A stretch of DNA of 64,000 nt from an uncultured bacterium (GTDB taxonomy: Bacteria > Armatimonadota > Abditibacteriia > Abditibacteriales > Abditibacteriaceae). Below the pieces are notes generated by a model that made no database searches, had not been told where the DNA came from, and saw only the letters and a program-made list of their open reading frames with translations. Shown here piece after piece: positions 20,615-30,881 of this stretch. Each line of letters opens with the position of its first letter. Positions within the stretch are counted from its first letter, which is position 1. The stretch covers positions 744,001 to 808,000 of the forward strand of contig CAWJLW010000006.1 of assembly GCA_963843795.1 (NCBI GenBank), given 5' to 3'. The translations under genes were made by a program, and so were the position numbers.

Positions 20615-20646
20615 ATTCTGCACTGCAAGTACTTGCAGTGCAGAAT
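20615..20646. repeat. 32-bp perfect palindrome centred on the iterated motif (possible terminator)
   Basis: ATTCTGCACTGCAAGT|ACTTGCAGTGCAGAAT shortly after the stop at 20595. Confidence 0.85.
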
Positions 20647-20723
20647 TTACGAACAAAATCGGGCTACCCACATCGCCTGCAAGTACTTGCAGTGAACTTT
20701 TGAACCAAAGGAAGCGATAGCTC

Positions 20724-23700
20724 ATGAAGCGGCACACGACGCGAACACAAACGGCGTTCACAGTGGCTCTGGTAGCCGCGCGCTCCGAACTTGCCTCTCC
20801 TCTGCGTGGTTGGCTTGAAGCTGTGCCCGAAAAATTCCGCACGGTTGTCTGTCACGTCAGCGGAGATCGCGCTGTGCCACCTGCGCACGAGCTGGCAGGT
20901 TGCGATGTCGCACTTCTCGCTGGCGATTGTGATTGGCTCGCCGCGATGCTCCATGGCGAAGCCGGTTCGCACGCATTGGAAGGAGTGCCGATTGTCGCTG
21001 TTTTGGAAGGCGACGAGGAGTTGCCAGAAAGCTTGCGTGCTCATGTGAGCGATGAATTGCGCTGGGAAGAGTGCAGTGCGCCGCTTGTGCAGCGCGCGCT
21101 TTTACTGGCTTTGCAACAACGCGCTCAAGACCATCGTGAGGCGGCGCGCGACGAAAGTTATCAGGGATTGCAGGATGTGCTGGCCGCTGCCGATGAGCTG
21201 CTGAAATTCGATAATCTCGTCGATTTATTGCGCCGCGCGGTGCAGTTGGGCGTGGAACGCTTACAACTCGAATACTGTGCGCTTTATCTCATCGAAAACG
21301 ATGATATAAGCGGTAACTTCGTGGCCACTCGCGATGGAGAGTTGACTACGCACGATGCAACTCAGAAGGGACAGGGCAAATTGTGGATACGCGATGCCAC
21401 ACCTGAAAACAGCGAACGCTGGGTCGTGCATGAAGTCAAATTCGATCAGGCCAATCAACAACAGCTTAACCAAGAGGTTGACAAGGTCGACCATCCCAAC
21501 ATACACAGATCGCGATTTCTTAACATCCTGCCTTTTCAATACCGCGAAGCCGAACGCCAAGATCAACGCAATGAAACCGAAAACATTGAATCTGTTGTGG
21601 GCTGGCGAGCTTCGACGTTGATTCGTGCGGCGGGCGGCGTGGTCGGCATCTGGCACAACGATACGCGTTTCAGCGGGCGCGCTTTGGATCGCGCGCAGCA
21701 AGAATTGGTAGCGGTTTACTGTTCATTGCTGGGTAATATTATCGAACGTAAGCGCGCCGACGATGCGTTGCGCAACAACGAGCGCCGCTTCCGTTTACTC
21801 ACCGAACACGCCACCGATCTCATCGTTCGTATGACGCCCAAAGGGCGAATTTTATATGTGTCTCCCTCGTGCCGTCATACGCTGGGCTACAAACCTGAAG
21901 AGTTGGTCGGTGGGTTAGTGCACGACTGGGTGCATCCTGAAGATGTGGATGAGGCGTTTTTGTTCAAGCGTCGTCCCGATGCGCTGCCTGATATTTTTCG
22001 ACGCGAAGTGCGCGTGCGCCGCCACGATGGCAGTTATGCGTGGTTCGAAGCGGTTTCGCGTCCGGTTTTGGATGAATTGGGGCGAGTTCACGAATATCAA
22101 ACCACAGCACGCGACATTTCCGAGCGCCGCCATGCTGAAGACGCGTTGCGTCAAAGCGAAGAACGTTTCCGGGCTTTCATGGACAACACGCCAGCCATGA
22201 CTTTCATTAAAGATCCTGATGGACGTTACGTTTATTTCAATCGCACGACCGAAGAACTGAGTGGCGTCAAGCTGAATGAGCTCAAAGGCAACACCAATTT
22301 CGATCGTATGCCGGTCGAAGTGGCGCGGCAACTGCGCGATAACGACCGGCAAGTACTTGCGACGGGCCAAAGCCAAGAATTTATGGAAGTTTTGCCCGGC
22401 AAAGACGGGCGCAATCGCTACTGGCTTACCTTCAAGTTTCCTTTGCAAGGAGCCGACGGGCGAACCAACATCGGCGGTGTGGCCGTCGATGTGACCGAAC
22501 GGCGCGAATCTGAAGCCGCTCTGGGGCGTTCCGAACAACGCTTGTCAACGGTTGTCGATTCGGCTTCGCTGGTTTTGTGGGCCATCGACCGCGAGGGCAT
22601 TTTCACGCTTTCTCAGGGTCAGGGCTTGCAATTGCTGGGCTTGTTGCCGGGTGAAGTGGTTGGGCAAAACAGCTTTGAAGTTTATCGCGATTATCCCGAA
22701 ATTTGCGCTTATTTGCGGCGCGCTTTGAACGGTGAAACCCTCAGCACAGAGGTGACCATTGGACCGACGGTTTTTCAGGTGCGCATCAATCCGTTGCGCG
22801 GGGAAAACAGCGTTTTGAATGGCGCATTGGGCGTGGCTTTCGATATCACCGAGCAACGGCGCAGTCAGGAAACTTTGTCTCTTTATACCGCGCGTTTAGA
22901 AAATTTGCTGGAAATTGACCGCGCTATCCGCGCTGCGCATTCGCCTGCCACTATCGCTGCGGTCGCACTGAAACAATTGTGTCGCTATTTGCCCTGCCAT
23001 CGCGCTTCGGTTGCCGTTTTCGATTTCGAAACGCGGCAGGCGCGCGTTCTCGCTACGAGCGGCGCCGATTCGCCATATCGTGTGGGTCACGTTTATCCGC
23101 TCAACCAGTTCACTCCCGCTGAATCGAATCCTGACACCATAGAAAGGGAAAATGTAAATAAGGGGCCGGAAAACACACACAATGGCGATTTGCGACGTAT
23201 TTTGCCTTTGGTAGTGCAAAACGAGCGCGTCGGCGCTCTGGAACTACACTTGCAATCGGATTTAAAAGCTGATGATGTAAAGGGGATGCCATTGAGCACG
23301 GCAATGCCTTTGAGCGAACGCTGGACGATGGCGAGCGAAGTCGCGGGACAGTTGGCAATTGCGATTCAACAGGCGCGTTTGTTCGAACAGGTGCGCGAGG
23401 GCAAAACTCAACTGCAAACTTTGTCGCACCGCTTAATTCAAGCGCAAGAAACCGAACGCCGCAATCTCGCACATGAACTGCACGATGAAATCGGGCAGGT
23501 TCTGACTGCGGTCAAACTCAATCTCCAACACATCGACCGCCAACTCGAGCAAAATCCGTCTTCGCTTCAACGGCCCGTTGGCCAAATCGCGACTCACGCC
23601 GAACCAATTGCTTTACAACTGCAACACAGCGTGCAAATTGTCGAAGGCGCGCTGCAATCGGTACGCGATTTATCGCTCAATTTACGACCTTCCCTTCTCG

Positions 23701-24158
23701 ACGATTTGGGTTTGGGTGCTGCACTGCGCTGGTATGTTGACCGCATGACGGCGCGTTTGCCAGTCACGGCACAACTTATAGTCGACTTGCCCGAAGAACG
23801 TCCCGCACCAGAAGTTGAAACCGCGTGTTTCCGCATTGCTCAAGAAGCGCTCACCAATGCGATTCGGCATTCCAACGCCCTGAACATTTGCATCGAAGTT
23901 TCGCAGCACGCTTTGCCCGCTACCTGCCCACATCCGCCGGGTATGCGCAACGAAGAAAGCGAGGAACTCCACGAAATTGCTCTCACTATCAGCGATGATG
24001 GATGTGGCTTCGATGTGCGCAACGAGCGTGCGCACGCTGCTGGCTCCAGCCTGGGACTGCCCGGAATGGAAGAGCGCGCCGCTCTGGTCGACGGTCGTCT
24101 TGTCATCGATTCTGCGCCCGGACAAGGCACTCAAGTGCGCGCTTATTTTCCATTGTAA
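20724..24158 (+). CDS. Cytoplasmic multi-PAS/GAF sensor histidine kinase (HisKA_3 type)
   Basis: Three PAS/PAC repeats; ERRNLAHELHDEIGQ; FRIAQEALTNAIRH; DDGCGFD; SAPGQGT. Confidence 0.93.
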   Translation: MKRHTTRTQTAFTVALVAARSELASPLRGWLEAVPEKFRTVVCHVSGDRAVPPAHELAGCDVALLAGDCDWLAAMLHGEAGSHALEGVPIVAVLEGDEELPESLRAHVSDELRWEECSAPLVQRALLLALQQRAQDHREAARDESYQGLQDVLAAADELLKFDNLVDLLRRAVQLGVERLQLEYCALYLIENDDISGNFVATRDGELTTHDATQKGQGKLWIRDATPENSERWVVHEVKFDQANQQQLNQEVDKVDHPNIHRSRFLNILPFQYREAERQDQRNETENIESVVGWRASTLIRAAGGVVGIWHNDTRFSGRALDRAQQELVAVYCSLLGNIIERKRADDALRNNERRFRLLTEHATDLIVRMTPKGRILYVSPSCRHTLGYKPEELVGGLVHDWVHPEDVDEAFLFKRRPDALPDIFRREVRVRRHDGSYAWFEAVSRPVLDELGRVHEYQTTARDISERRHAEDALRQSEERFRAFMDNTPAMTFIKDPDGRYVYFNRTTEELSGVKLNELKGNTNFDRMPVEVARQLRDNDRQVLATGQSQEFMEVLPGKDGRNRYWLTFKFPLQGADGRTNIGGVAVDVTERRESEAALGRSEQRLSTVVDSASLVLWAIDREGIFTLSQGQGLQLLGLLPGEVVGQNSFEVYRDYPEICAYLRRALNGETLSTEVTIGPTVFQVRINPLRGENSVLNGALGVAFDITEQRRSQETLSLYTARLENLLEIDRAIRAAHSPATIAAVALKQLCRYLPCHRASVAVFDFETRQARVLATSGADSPYRVGHVYPLNQFTPAESNPDTIERENVNKGPENTHNGDLRRILPLVVQNERVGALELHLQSDLKADDVKGMPLSTAMPLSERWTMASEVAGQLAIAIQQARLFEQVREGKTQLQTLSHRLIQAQETERRNLAHELHDEIGQVLTAVKLNLQHIDRQLEQNPSSLQRPVGQIATHAEPIALQLQHSVQIVEGALQSVRDLSLNLRPSLLDDLGLGAALRWYVDRMTARLPVTAQLIVDLPEERPAPEVETACFRIAQEALTNAIRHSNALNICIEVSQHALPATCPHPPGMRNEESEELHEIALTISDDGCGFDVRNERAHAAGSSLGLPGMEERAALVDGRLVIDSAPGQGTQVRAYFPL

Positions 24159-24332
24159 TTCACTCTAGTAGGCTCGCTATCAAAGCTCCATTGTGTCAGA
24201 ATTCTCAGAGTCACAATACACTTGGTGAAGCAAACATTACTTTCGTGATCTGCCTTGTACTTGCCATTTGCCGTCTGGCGCGTCCATACTTGCGCGCTCA
24301 TAAGTAGGCTCCAGAAATTCGATTTTACAACC

Positions 24333-25025
24333 ATGTCAACATCTTCCGTCCAAACCCCGCATCTGCCTATTCGAGTGTTACTGGCTGAAGATCACGAACT
24401 TGTGCGCGCCGGAATTTGCGCTTTGTTGGAAAATATCGCCGATGTCGAGGTCGTAGCGCAGGTATCCGATGGCGTTTCGGCCTTGCGCTGGATTGAAAAA
24501 GCGGAGCAGGAAAACGCGCTGCCCGATGTGGCGATTCTGGATATTTCGCTGGGTGGCATGAGTGGCCTGGAAGTTGTGGCGCACATCACGCAAGATTTCC
24601 CCGCTGTGCGCACGATGATTTTATCGATGCATTCGAGCGAAGAGTATGTGATGCGGGCGCTGCGCAACGGCGCGGGCGCTTATTTGCTTAAAGATTCTGG
24701 ATTCAACGAACTCGAAATCGCCGTGCGCGCGGTGGCGCGCGGCGAAACTTATCTGAGCCCCGCCCCTTCGCGTCATTTGATCGATGATTACAAGCGTCGC
24801 AGCGGAGCCGAAGAAGATCCCAAAGCGCTCCTCACACCGCGCCAGCGTGAAATTCTCACGCTTATCGCTCAGGGCGAAACCACAGGGCAAATCGCCACGC
24901 ATCTTTCCATTTCCAGCAAAACTGTTGAAAGTCATCGCGCCCAGCTGATGAGCCGTCTGGAAATCCATGATATTCCCGGCTTAGTTCGTTACGCTCTGCG
25001 CACTGGATTAATCGATTCGCGTTGA
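24333..25025 (+). CDS. NarL/LuxR-family response regulator
   Basis: LAEDHELVRAG, LDI, YLLK, LTPRQREIL...ISSKTVESHR. Confidence 0.93.
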   Translation: MSTSSVQTPHLPIRVLLAEDHELVRAGICALLENIADVEVVAQVSDGVSALRWIEKAEQENALPDVAILDISLGGMSGLEVVAHITQDFPAVRTMILSMHSSEEYVMRALRNGAGAYLLKDSGFNELEIAVRAVARGETYLSPAPSRHLIDDYKRRSGAEEDPKALLTPRQREILTLIAQGETTGQIATHLSISSKTVESHRAQLMSRLEIHDIPGLVRYALRTGLIDSR

Positions 25026-25215
25026 ACTTTTTTCGCTGCGTTTCCAAATAAGGTGTAAGTGCTGATGACAAGTACTTGCACCTTATTTTTGTGGAATCCG
25101 TTTTTTATCTCAGATAAATCCCAATTATTGGAAAAAGTAATGTAAGATAAGTTAGCTTTGCGCTTCAGTTGGACGGAATTTTGCCTGATAGCGCCCGACA
25201 TTAGGAAAATTTCTT

Positions 25216-25593
25216 ATGCCATTTTTATCAACCTCCACACTTTTGGTGGACGACAGTCCAAGCTTTTTGAAGTCGGCGGCTCGCTTTTTGGCTGCTGATA
25301 AGCGAATCGACATCGTCGGCCTGGCTCTCACGGGTGTAGAAGCATTGGAGCAGTGCGAAAAATTGCACCCCGAACTAGTTCTTATCGACATGAATATGCC
25401 GGAAATGAATGGACTGGAAGCCACGCGTCGTCTCAAAGCTGGTCCGCATCCGCCGCGCGTGGTCATTCTCACGCTGCACGATACCGAAGAATATCGCCAC
25501 GCCGCACTCGAAGCTCACGCCGATGGCTTTGTTTCCAAAGCCAATTTCGGCGTGCAACTGATTCCGCTCATCGAATCGCTGTATTCCGAATAA
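25216..25593 (+). CDS. Single-domain response regulator
   Basis: LLVDDS, LIDMNMPEMNGLE, FVSK. Confidence 0.9.
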   Translation: MPFLSTSTLLVDDSPSFLKSAARFLAADKRIDIVGLALTGVEALEQCEKLHPELVLIDMNMPEMNGLEATRRLKAGPHPPRVVILTLHDTEEYRHAALEAHADGFVSKANFGVQLIPLIESLYSE

Positions 25594-25635
25594 CTTCTTG
25601 AATTCGATTAATTTCGCCGCAGCTTTCCATTCGCG

Positions 25636-25687
25636 ATAAAATAAGCCCCGCAAGTACTTGCACAAGTATTTGCGGGGCTTATTTTAT
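25636..25687. terminator. Intrinsic terminator-like hairpin incorporating the iterated palindrome
   Basis: ATAAAATAAGCCCCGCAA...TTGCGGGGCTTATTTTAT, 18-bp arms with A/T tails. Confidence 0.75.
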
Positions 25688-25696
25688 TTTCTCGCT

Positions 25697-26632
25697 ATGC
25701 AACCATCCCAAAAGTCATCACCAGGGCCATCATCTGAAAATTCGCTGTTGGAAATCAAAAATCTGCAAACCCAGTTCGCTACCGATGCTGGCCTTGTGCG
25801 CGCGGTCGATGACGTTTCGTTTCGAGTCGATTCGAGCGAAATTCTGGGCGTTGTCGGCGAAAGCGGCAGCGGCAAAAGTGTCACCAGCCTGTCGATCTTA
25901 CGTCTGGTCGCGCCGCCGGGCCGCATTACGTCGGGCCAGATAATGTGGAAAGGCGATGATTTATTAAAGCGCAGCGAAGCGCAAATGCGCGCTATTCGCG
26001 GCAACGACATCGCGATGATTTTTCAAGAACCGATGACTTCGCTCGACCCGCTTTATACCGTCGGTAATCACATCGAAGAAGCCCTTTCGCTGCACCAAAA
26101 TTTGCGCGGCGCGGCGGCTCGCGAACGCGCGATTGCGGCTTTGGACGAAGTCGGCATTCGTGATGCCGCACATCGCGTCGATGCGTATCCGCACCAACTT
26201 TCGGGCGGAATGCGCCAGCGCGTGATGATCGCCATCGCGCTCAGTTGTAATCCCGAACTTTTGATTGCTGATGAACCGACAACTGCATTGGATGTCACGG
26301 TGCAAGCCAAAGTCTTGGATTTGCTGAAAGCCTTGCGCCGCGAACGCGAAATGGCGATCATTTTGGTGACGCACAACATGGGTTTAGTGGCTGAAATGTG
26401 CGACCGCGTGGTTGTGATGCATAACGGAAAAATCGTGGAAAGCGCTGGGGTTGAAGCGATTTTCGATGCGCCGCGCCATCCTTACACGCAAGGTTTGCTG
26501 CGCTCGATTCCCACTCTGGACAGCCCGCTCAAACAGCCTTTACCGACGTTGGATTACCATCCTGAAGTCGGCCAAAATACGTTGCCTTTAATCGAAGTGG
26601 GTGCGGGTCATTTTGCGCGTGTGGCGGTGTAA
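25697..26632 (+). CDS. Oligopeptide/dipeptide ABC transporter ATP-binding protein (OppD/DppD-like)
   Basis: GESGSGKS, LSGGMRQR, DEPTTALD, HPYTQGLL. Confidence 0.92.
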   Translation: MQPSQKSSPGPSSENSLLEIKNLQTQFATDAGLVRAVDDVSFRVDSSEILGVVGESGSGKSVTSLSILRLVAPPGRITSGQIMWKGDDLLKRSEAQMRAIRGNDIAMIFQEPMTSLDPLYTVGNHIEEALSLHQNLRGAAARERAIAALDEVGIRDAAHRVDAYPHQLSGGMRQRVMIAIALSCNPELLIADEPTTALDVTVQAKVLDLLKALRREREMAIILVTHNMGLVAEMCDRVVVMHNGKIVESAGVEAIFDAPRHPYTQGLLRSIPTLDSPLKQPLPTLDYHPEVGQNTLPLIEVGAGHFARVAV

Positions 26633-26751
26633 CAATAAAACAAAGATGAGAACCGAGAAGTGAGAAACATTGCAAGTACTTGCACGAAGAAATAACCTTG
26701 CGTCTCATTTCTCCGTTTCTATTTCTTGCCTTTCAAACCTCTCAAAAAATT

Positions 26752-27561
26752 ATGCCTTTATTGAAAGTTGAAAATTTAAGCAAAGAATTCGCCGCTTCTT
26801 CGAGCGTTCTGGGCAAAAGCAAAGGCGGGTTGGTGCGCGCCGTTGATGACATCAGCTTTGAAATCGAAGCCGGTGAAGTTTTGGGTTTGGTCGGCGAAAG
26901 TGGTTCGGGCAAATCGACAACAGGCCGTCTGATTCTGCGATTGATCGAAGCGACTTCGGGCCGCGTTTGGTTTGAAGACAAAGAAATTTTCGCCCTGCCA
27001 AAACCGGAAATGCGTGCCCTGCGCCGCGAAATGCAGATCGTGTTTCAAGACCCTTACGGCGCGTTCAATCCGCGTCTCACCGTCGGCGCGATCATCGGCG
27101 AAGGTTTGGAATTGCGTGGTATCAACGACAAGAGCGAACGCGCGCGCGAAGTGACGCGTTTTCTCGAACTGGTGCAACTGCCGCCGCATTACGCCGCGCG
27201 CTATCCGCACGAATTCTCCGGCGGGCAACGCCAACGCATCGGTATCGCGCGCGCTTTATCGGTTGAACCGAAATTCATCGTTGCCGACGAACCCGTTTCC
27301 GCACTGGATGTTTCCACTCAGGCCGAAATTGTCAATTTATTATTGGATTTGCAAACTCGATTGGATTTGACAATGCTGTTTATTTCGCACGATCTCAGCG
27401 TGGTCAAAGTTCTGTGCGACCGCGTGGCTGTGATGCAAAGCGGAAAAATTGTAGAGATTGCCGGAAGCGAACAATTATTCCGCGCGCCGCAACAAGAATA
27501 CACGCGCGAATTGCTGAACGCGATTCCAATTCCCGATCCCAAGCGCGCACGACGCGTGTAA
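26752..27561 (+). CDS. Oligopeptide/dipeptide ABC transporter ATP-binding protein (OppF/DppF-like)
   Basis: GESGSGKST, FSGGQRQR, DEPVSALD. Confidence 0.92.
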   Translation: MPLLKVENLSKEFAASSSVLGKSKGGLVRAVDDISFEIEAGEVLGLVGESGSGKSTTGRLILRLIEATSGRVWFEDKEIFALPKPEMRALRREMQIVFQDPYGAFNPRLTVGAIIGEGLELRGINDKSERAREVTRFLELVQLPPHYAARYPHEFSGGQRQRIGIARALSVEPKFIVADEPVSALDVSTQAEIVNLLLDLQTRLDLTMLFISHDLSVVKVLCDRVAVMQSGKIVEIAGSEQLFRAPQQEYTRELLNAIPIPDPKRARRV

Positions 27562-27601
27562 TTTTTTTCGCGCCCGCCCACAAAGTGCGAAACTTTCACT
27601 T

Positions 27602-28511
27602 ATGAAATCTGGATTTTGCGTTCTCTGGGGACGCCCGAACGCCGGCAAAAAGTACTTTGTTGAATGCTTTATTGGGGCGCAAACACGTCATCGTCAGCCC
27701 GCGTCCGCAAACCACGCGGCACCGCATTGCGGGCGTTTTGAATGGCGAGCGCCAAAACGAACGTGGGCAGGACGAAACGTTTCAAATCGTGTTTCTCGAT
27801 ACGCCAGGCATTCACGAACCTCAGCACAAATTGGGCGAAGCGCTAGTTAAAAATGCGCGCAGCGCGCTCCAAGATATTGAATGCGTGGTGTTCGTCGCCG
27901 ATGCTTCTGATTATCCGCACGCCGATGATAAGCGTGCCATTGCCTTGTTGGAGCACATGGACGCGCCGATAATTCTGGCTCTCAATAAAATTGACGCGGT
28001 TGACGCAGAAACTCTGGCCAACAATCGTCGCCAGTTTGAAGCTCTCCGAAACTTTGCAGCAGTTGTGGAGATTTCGGCGCTGGAAAATCGTGGCTTGCAA
28101 GTACTTGCGGGTGAAATTATCGGACGTATGCCCGAAGGCGAGGCGTATTTTCCGCCCGAAATGTTGGGCGACCGTTCGCCGGAATTTCATGTCGAAGAGC
28201 TCGTTCGCGAACAAGCGATGGTGCAGCTGCACCACGAACTGCCACACGCCGTCGCGGTTGGCATTGAAAGCATGGAGCCGCGTCCCAAGGGAATGCTGTA
28301 TATCGCAGCTGTGGTTTACGTCGAGCGCGAAAGCCAGAAAGGTATCGTTATCGGACAGCGCGCCGCGCGCATTCGTGAAATCAATCAGCAGGCGCGCAAG
28401 GAAATCGAAGCGTTTTTGGGTCGCAAAGTGTTCTTGGAATTGCGTGTGAAAGTGCGAGACAAATGGCGCGACAACGATATGTGGATTTCGCGTTTGGGCT
28501 ATAGCGAATAA
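27602..28511 (+). CDS. era: GTPase Era (one extra base in an A5 run at about 27647-27651, probably a sequencing error)
   Basis: GRPNAGK then STLLNAL after removing one A; PQTTR, DTPG, NKID, and the KH domain SQKGIVIG. Confidence 0.93.
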
Positions 28512-28631
28512 TCGCAGATCAAAGGCGTTGGTTCAAGGGCCAGAGAAGCCGTTGCAAGTACTTGCCAGATACTTGCAGCGGCTTTTCATTTGCCAGATTT
28601 TGAAAATATCACAATGGTGAGGAGAAATTGC

Positions 28632-29612
28632 ATGGACGAACGATTGGCACGGGCGCAGCAATCTTTGCAGGGTTTAAATGTGGGCGATGCGTTTGGAGAA
28701 TGTTTCTTTTTTTCGCCCGATCTGGTTTTCAAACTGATTCGCGCCGGAGTGATTCCCGGCCCGCATTTCGATCCCGATTTGGTCGAAGAATACATCATGT
28801 TTCAGGTCGGCAAGCTGCGCGAAGTTCCCGCTCTGCCGCCTTGGAAATACACTGACGATAGCGCGCTGGCGTTTGCTTTGGTCGATCATCTGCGCCAATT
28901 TTCTCGTGTGGAAAGCAATGAATTAGCAGGACGCTTTGGCGATGAATTTTTGCGCGATCCGCAGCGCGGTTATGGCGCGGGAATGCACTCGCTGTTGCCG
29001 GAATTGGCTATCGGAGCCGATTGGCGCCAGCTTTCAGTGCAATTGTTCGATGGCGGTTCGTATGGCAACGGCGCTGCCATGCGCGTTGCGCCTCTGGGAG
29101 CGTATTTCGCCGATGATTTGGAAACTGTTGTCGAAAACGCGCGCAAATCTGCCGAAATTACGCACGCTCATGAAGAAGGAATTTGCGGCGCGATTGCCAT
29201 CGCCGTGGGTGCTGCGTTGGCGTGGCAAGAGCGAGAAACGCTGAAAAATGGCGGGCAAGTACTTGCGGGTGAATTTCTGGATAAAATCGCGCAAAAACTG
29301 CCGCCCAGTGTAGTGCGCAGCGAAATTGAAGTCGCGCGCGATTTGCCCGATCGCACAGAAATCGACGTTGCCGAAGTCGTGGAACACTTGGGCAATGGTG
29401 GCGATGTGACCGCGCAAGACACCGTGCCATTCGTTCTGTGGTCTGCCGCGCAGAATTTGAATAACTACGAAGAGGCACTTTGGCTCACTGTTTCGGCTCT
29501 GGGCGACCGCGACACAACCTGCGCAATGGTCGGCGGCATTGTAGCGCTCTCAACGCAAACGCCAATTCCACAATCGTGGATTGACAATTGTGAAGGTTTG
29601 CCGGAACTGTAA
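28632..29612 (+). CDS. ADP-ribosylglycohydrolase family protein
   Basis: GDAFG, YTDD, SYGNGAAMRVAPLG, THAH, GDRDTT. Confidence 0.92.
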   Translation: MDERLARAQQSLQGLNVGDAFGECFFFSPDLVFKLIRAGVIPGPHFDPDLVEEYIMFQVGKLREVPALPPWKYTDDSALAFALVDHLRQFSRVESNELAGRFGDEFLRDPQRGYGAGMHSLLPELAIGADWRQLSVQLFDGGSYGNGAAMRVAPLGAYFADDLETVVENARKSAEITHAHEEGICGAIAIAVGAALAWQERETLKNGGQVLAGEFLDKIAQKLPPSVVRSEIEVARDLPDRTEIDVAEVVEHLGNGGDVTAQDTVPFVLWSAAQNLNNYEEALWLTVSALGDRDTTCAMVGGIVALSTQTPIPQSWIDNCEGLPEL

Positions 29613-29700
29613 CACGCATTTGTGAAATTGGGCGCTGCAAGTACTTGCACAGGCATCTGCGCCAGAAGTTCGGCACGAAGTTCGCGCCCGCACTCAGGCC

Positions 29701-30690
29701 ATGCAATTTCCTTCTCTTACCGCGCTCAGCTTTAATTTACTTTATAGTTCCGGCTCCGACCCCGTCGACGAAAGCGCAGCGGGCACTTGGCCGCAGCGAC
29801 GGCCTTTAATGCGCCGCGTAGTCGAAAAGCACGCGCCCGAAATCATTAGTTATCAGGAAGTCGAGGGCGATCAGTTGGAAGATTTAAAGGCCGATCTAAC
29901 CGATTACGATTGCAGTCAGGGCTTTCGCAACGGCACCGACCGTTCGCCGATGTGGGCCAAACGTGGTGCGCCGCCTTTGTTGGGTTTGGCGTTGTGGAAC
30001 TGGTTGCAAAATCGTCGCTTTATAAGCGCGCTGAGCGGCGTACTGGGAGTAGCGCCGATAATTTTGGCAGCGCTTCAAAAGAATGCCAAAGGCCAAGCGC
30101 TGCGCGACGGCGGCTATTGTCCGATTTTCTGGACGAAAAAGCGCTGGCAGTTGAAACATGATGGCACTTTTTGGATTTCTCATGTCCCGCAGCAGCGCGA
30201 TAGCGTGATGCCGGGCGCATGGCTGCCGCGCATCTGTCATTGGGTCGAACTGGAAAATATCGCCAATGGAGAACGCTTGCAAGTGTTCAACGTGCATCTC
30301 GATTGGTGGCTACTGGCGCGAGCGCGCGGCGGGAATTATCTGGCGCAGGAAATGAATCGAATTTGGAACGGCGCGCCACAGCTTTTGATGGGCGATTTCA
30401 ACGCACCACGCCAATCGGCCACTTGGAACGCGTTACTGAACGCCGCGACCGCAAACGAAAATCTGCCACTGTGCGATGCCTGGGACAACGCCGATAAGCA
30501 AATCGGCCCGCGCGAAACTTATCACGGCGGTGATGGAGACGAGACTTTTCCCGGACGCATCGACCACATTCTTATACGCCCCGCCGCGCCGATTCGTCGC
30601 GTAATTGCCGAAACGCTGCACGATGGCAAATTGTATCCTTCCGACCACTTCCCTTTGATTGCAGACATCGGCGAAAAACCGCGCTCTTAA
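29701..30690 (+). CDS. Endonuclease/exonuclease/phosphatase (EEP) family protein
   Basis: SFNL, YQEV, NVHLD, GDFN, RIDHI, SDHFP. Confidence 0.9.
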   Translation: MQFPSLTALSFNLLYSSGSDPVDESAAGTWPQRRPLMRRVVEKHAPEIISYQEVEGDQLEDLKADLTDYDCSQGFRNGTDRSPMWAKRGAPPLLGLALWNWLQNRRFISALSGVLGVAPIILAALQKNAKGQALRDGGYCPIFWTKKRWQLKHDGTFWISHVPQQRDSVMPGAWLPRICHWVELENIANGERLQVFNVHLDWWLLARARGGNYLAQEMNRIWNGAPQLLMGDFNAPRQSATWNALLNAATANENLPLCDAWDNADKQIGPRETYHGGDGDETFPGRIDHILIRPAAPIRRVIAETLHDGKLYPSDHFPLIADIGEKPRS

Positions 30691-30819
30691 AGTTCTCGAT
30701 TAGGCCAATAGTACAATTGCCGCGCAGCATCGAGTAGAAAACCCTCTCGGTTGAAGCGAGATGCGAATGGAATGATCTTATAGTGCTCGCGCGGGCTGGA
30801 TTTTCGTGGGTTGAACGGA

Positions 30820-30853
30820 AAAATCGCGCTGCAGATATCTGCAGCGCGATTTT
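30820..30853. terminator. 34-bp perfect palindrome between convergent genes (bidirectional terminator candidate)
   Basis: AAAATCGCGCTGCAGAT|ATCTGCAGCGCGATTTT. Confidence 0.7.
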
Positions 30854-30881
30854 AAAATTTTGCGCGAAAATTCAGTAAAAT

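Noticed and set aside
27602..28511. era as a pseudogene or programmed frameshift
   Set aside because: One extra A in a homopolymer within the P-loop of a normally essential gene. The same error type occurs in lpxK and the RM gene, so a sequencing indel is most likely.
28632..29612. ADP-ribosylglycohydrolase as part of a toxin-antitoxin or defence module
   Set aside because: No adjacent ADP-ribosyltransferase or toxin gene; it sits among housekeeping genes.
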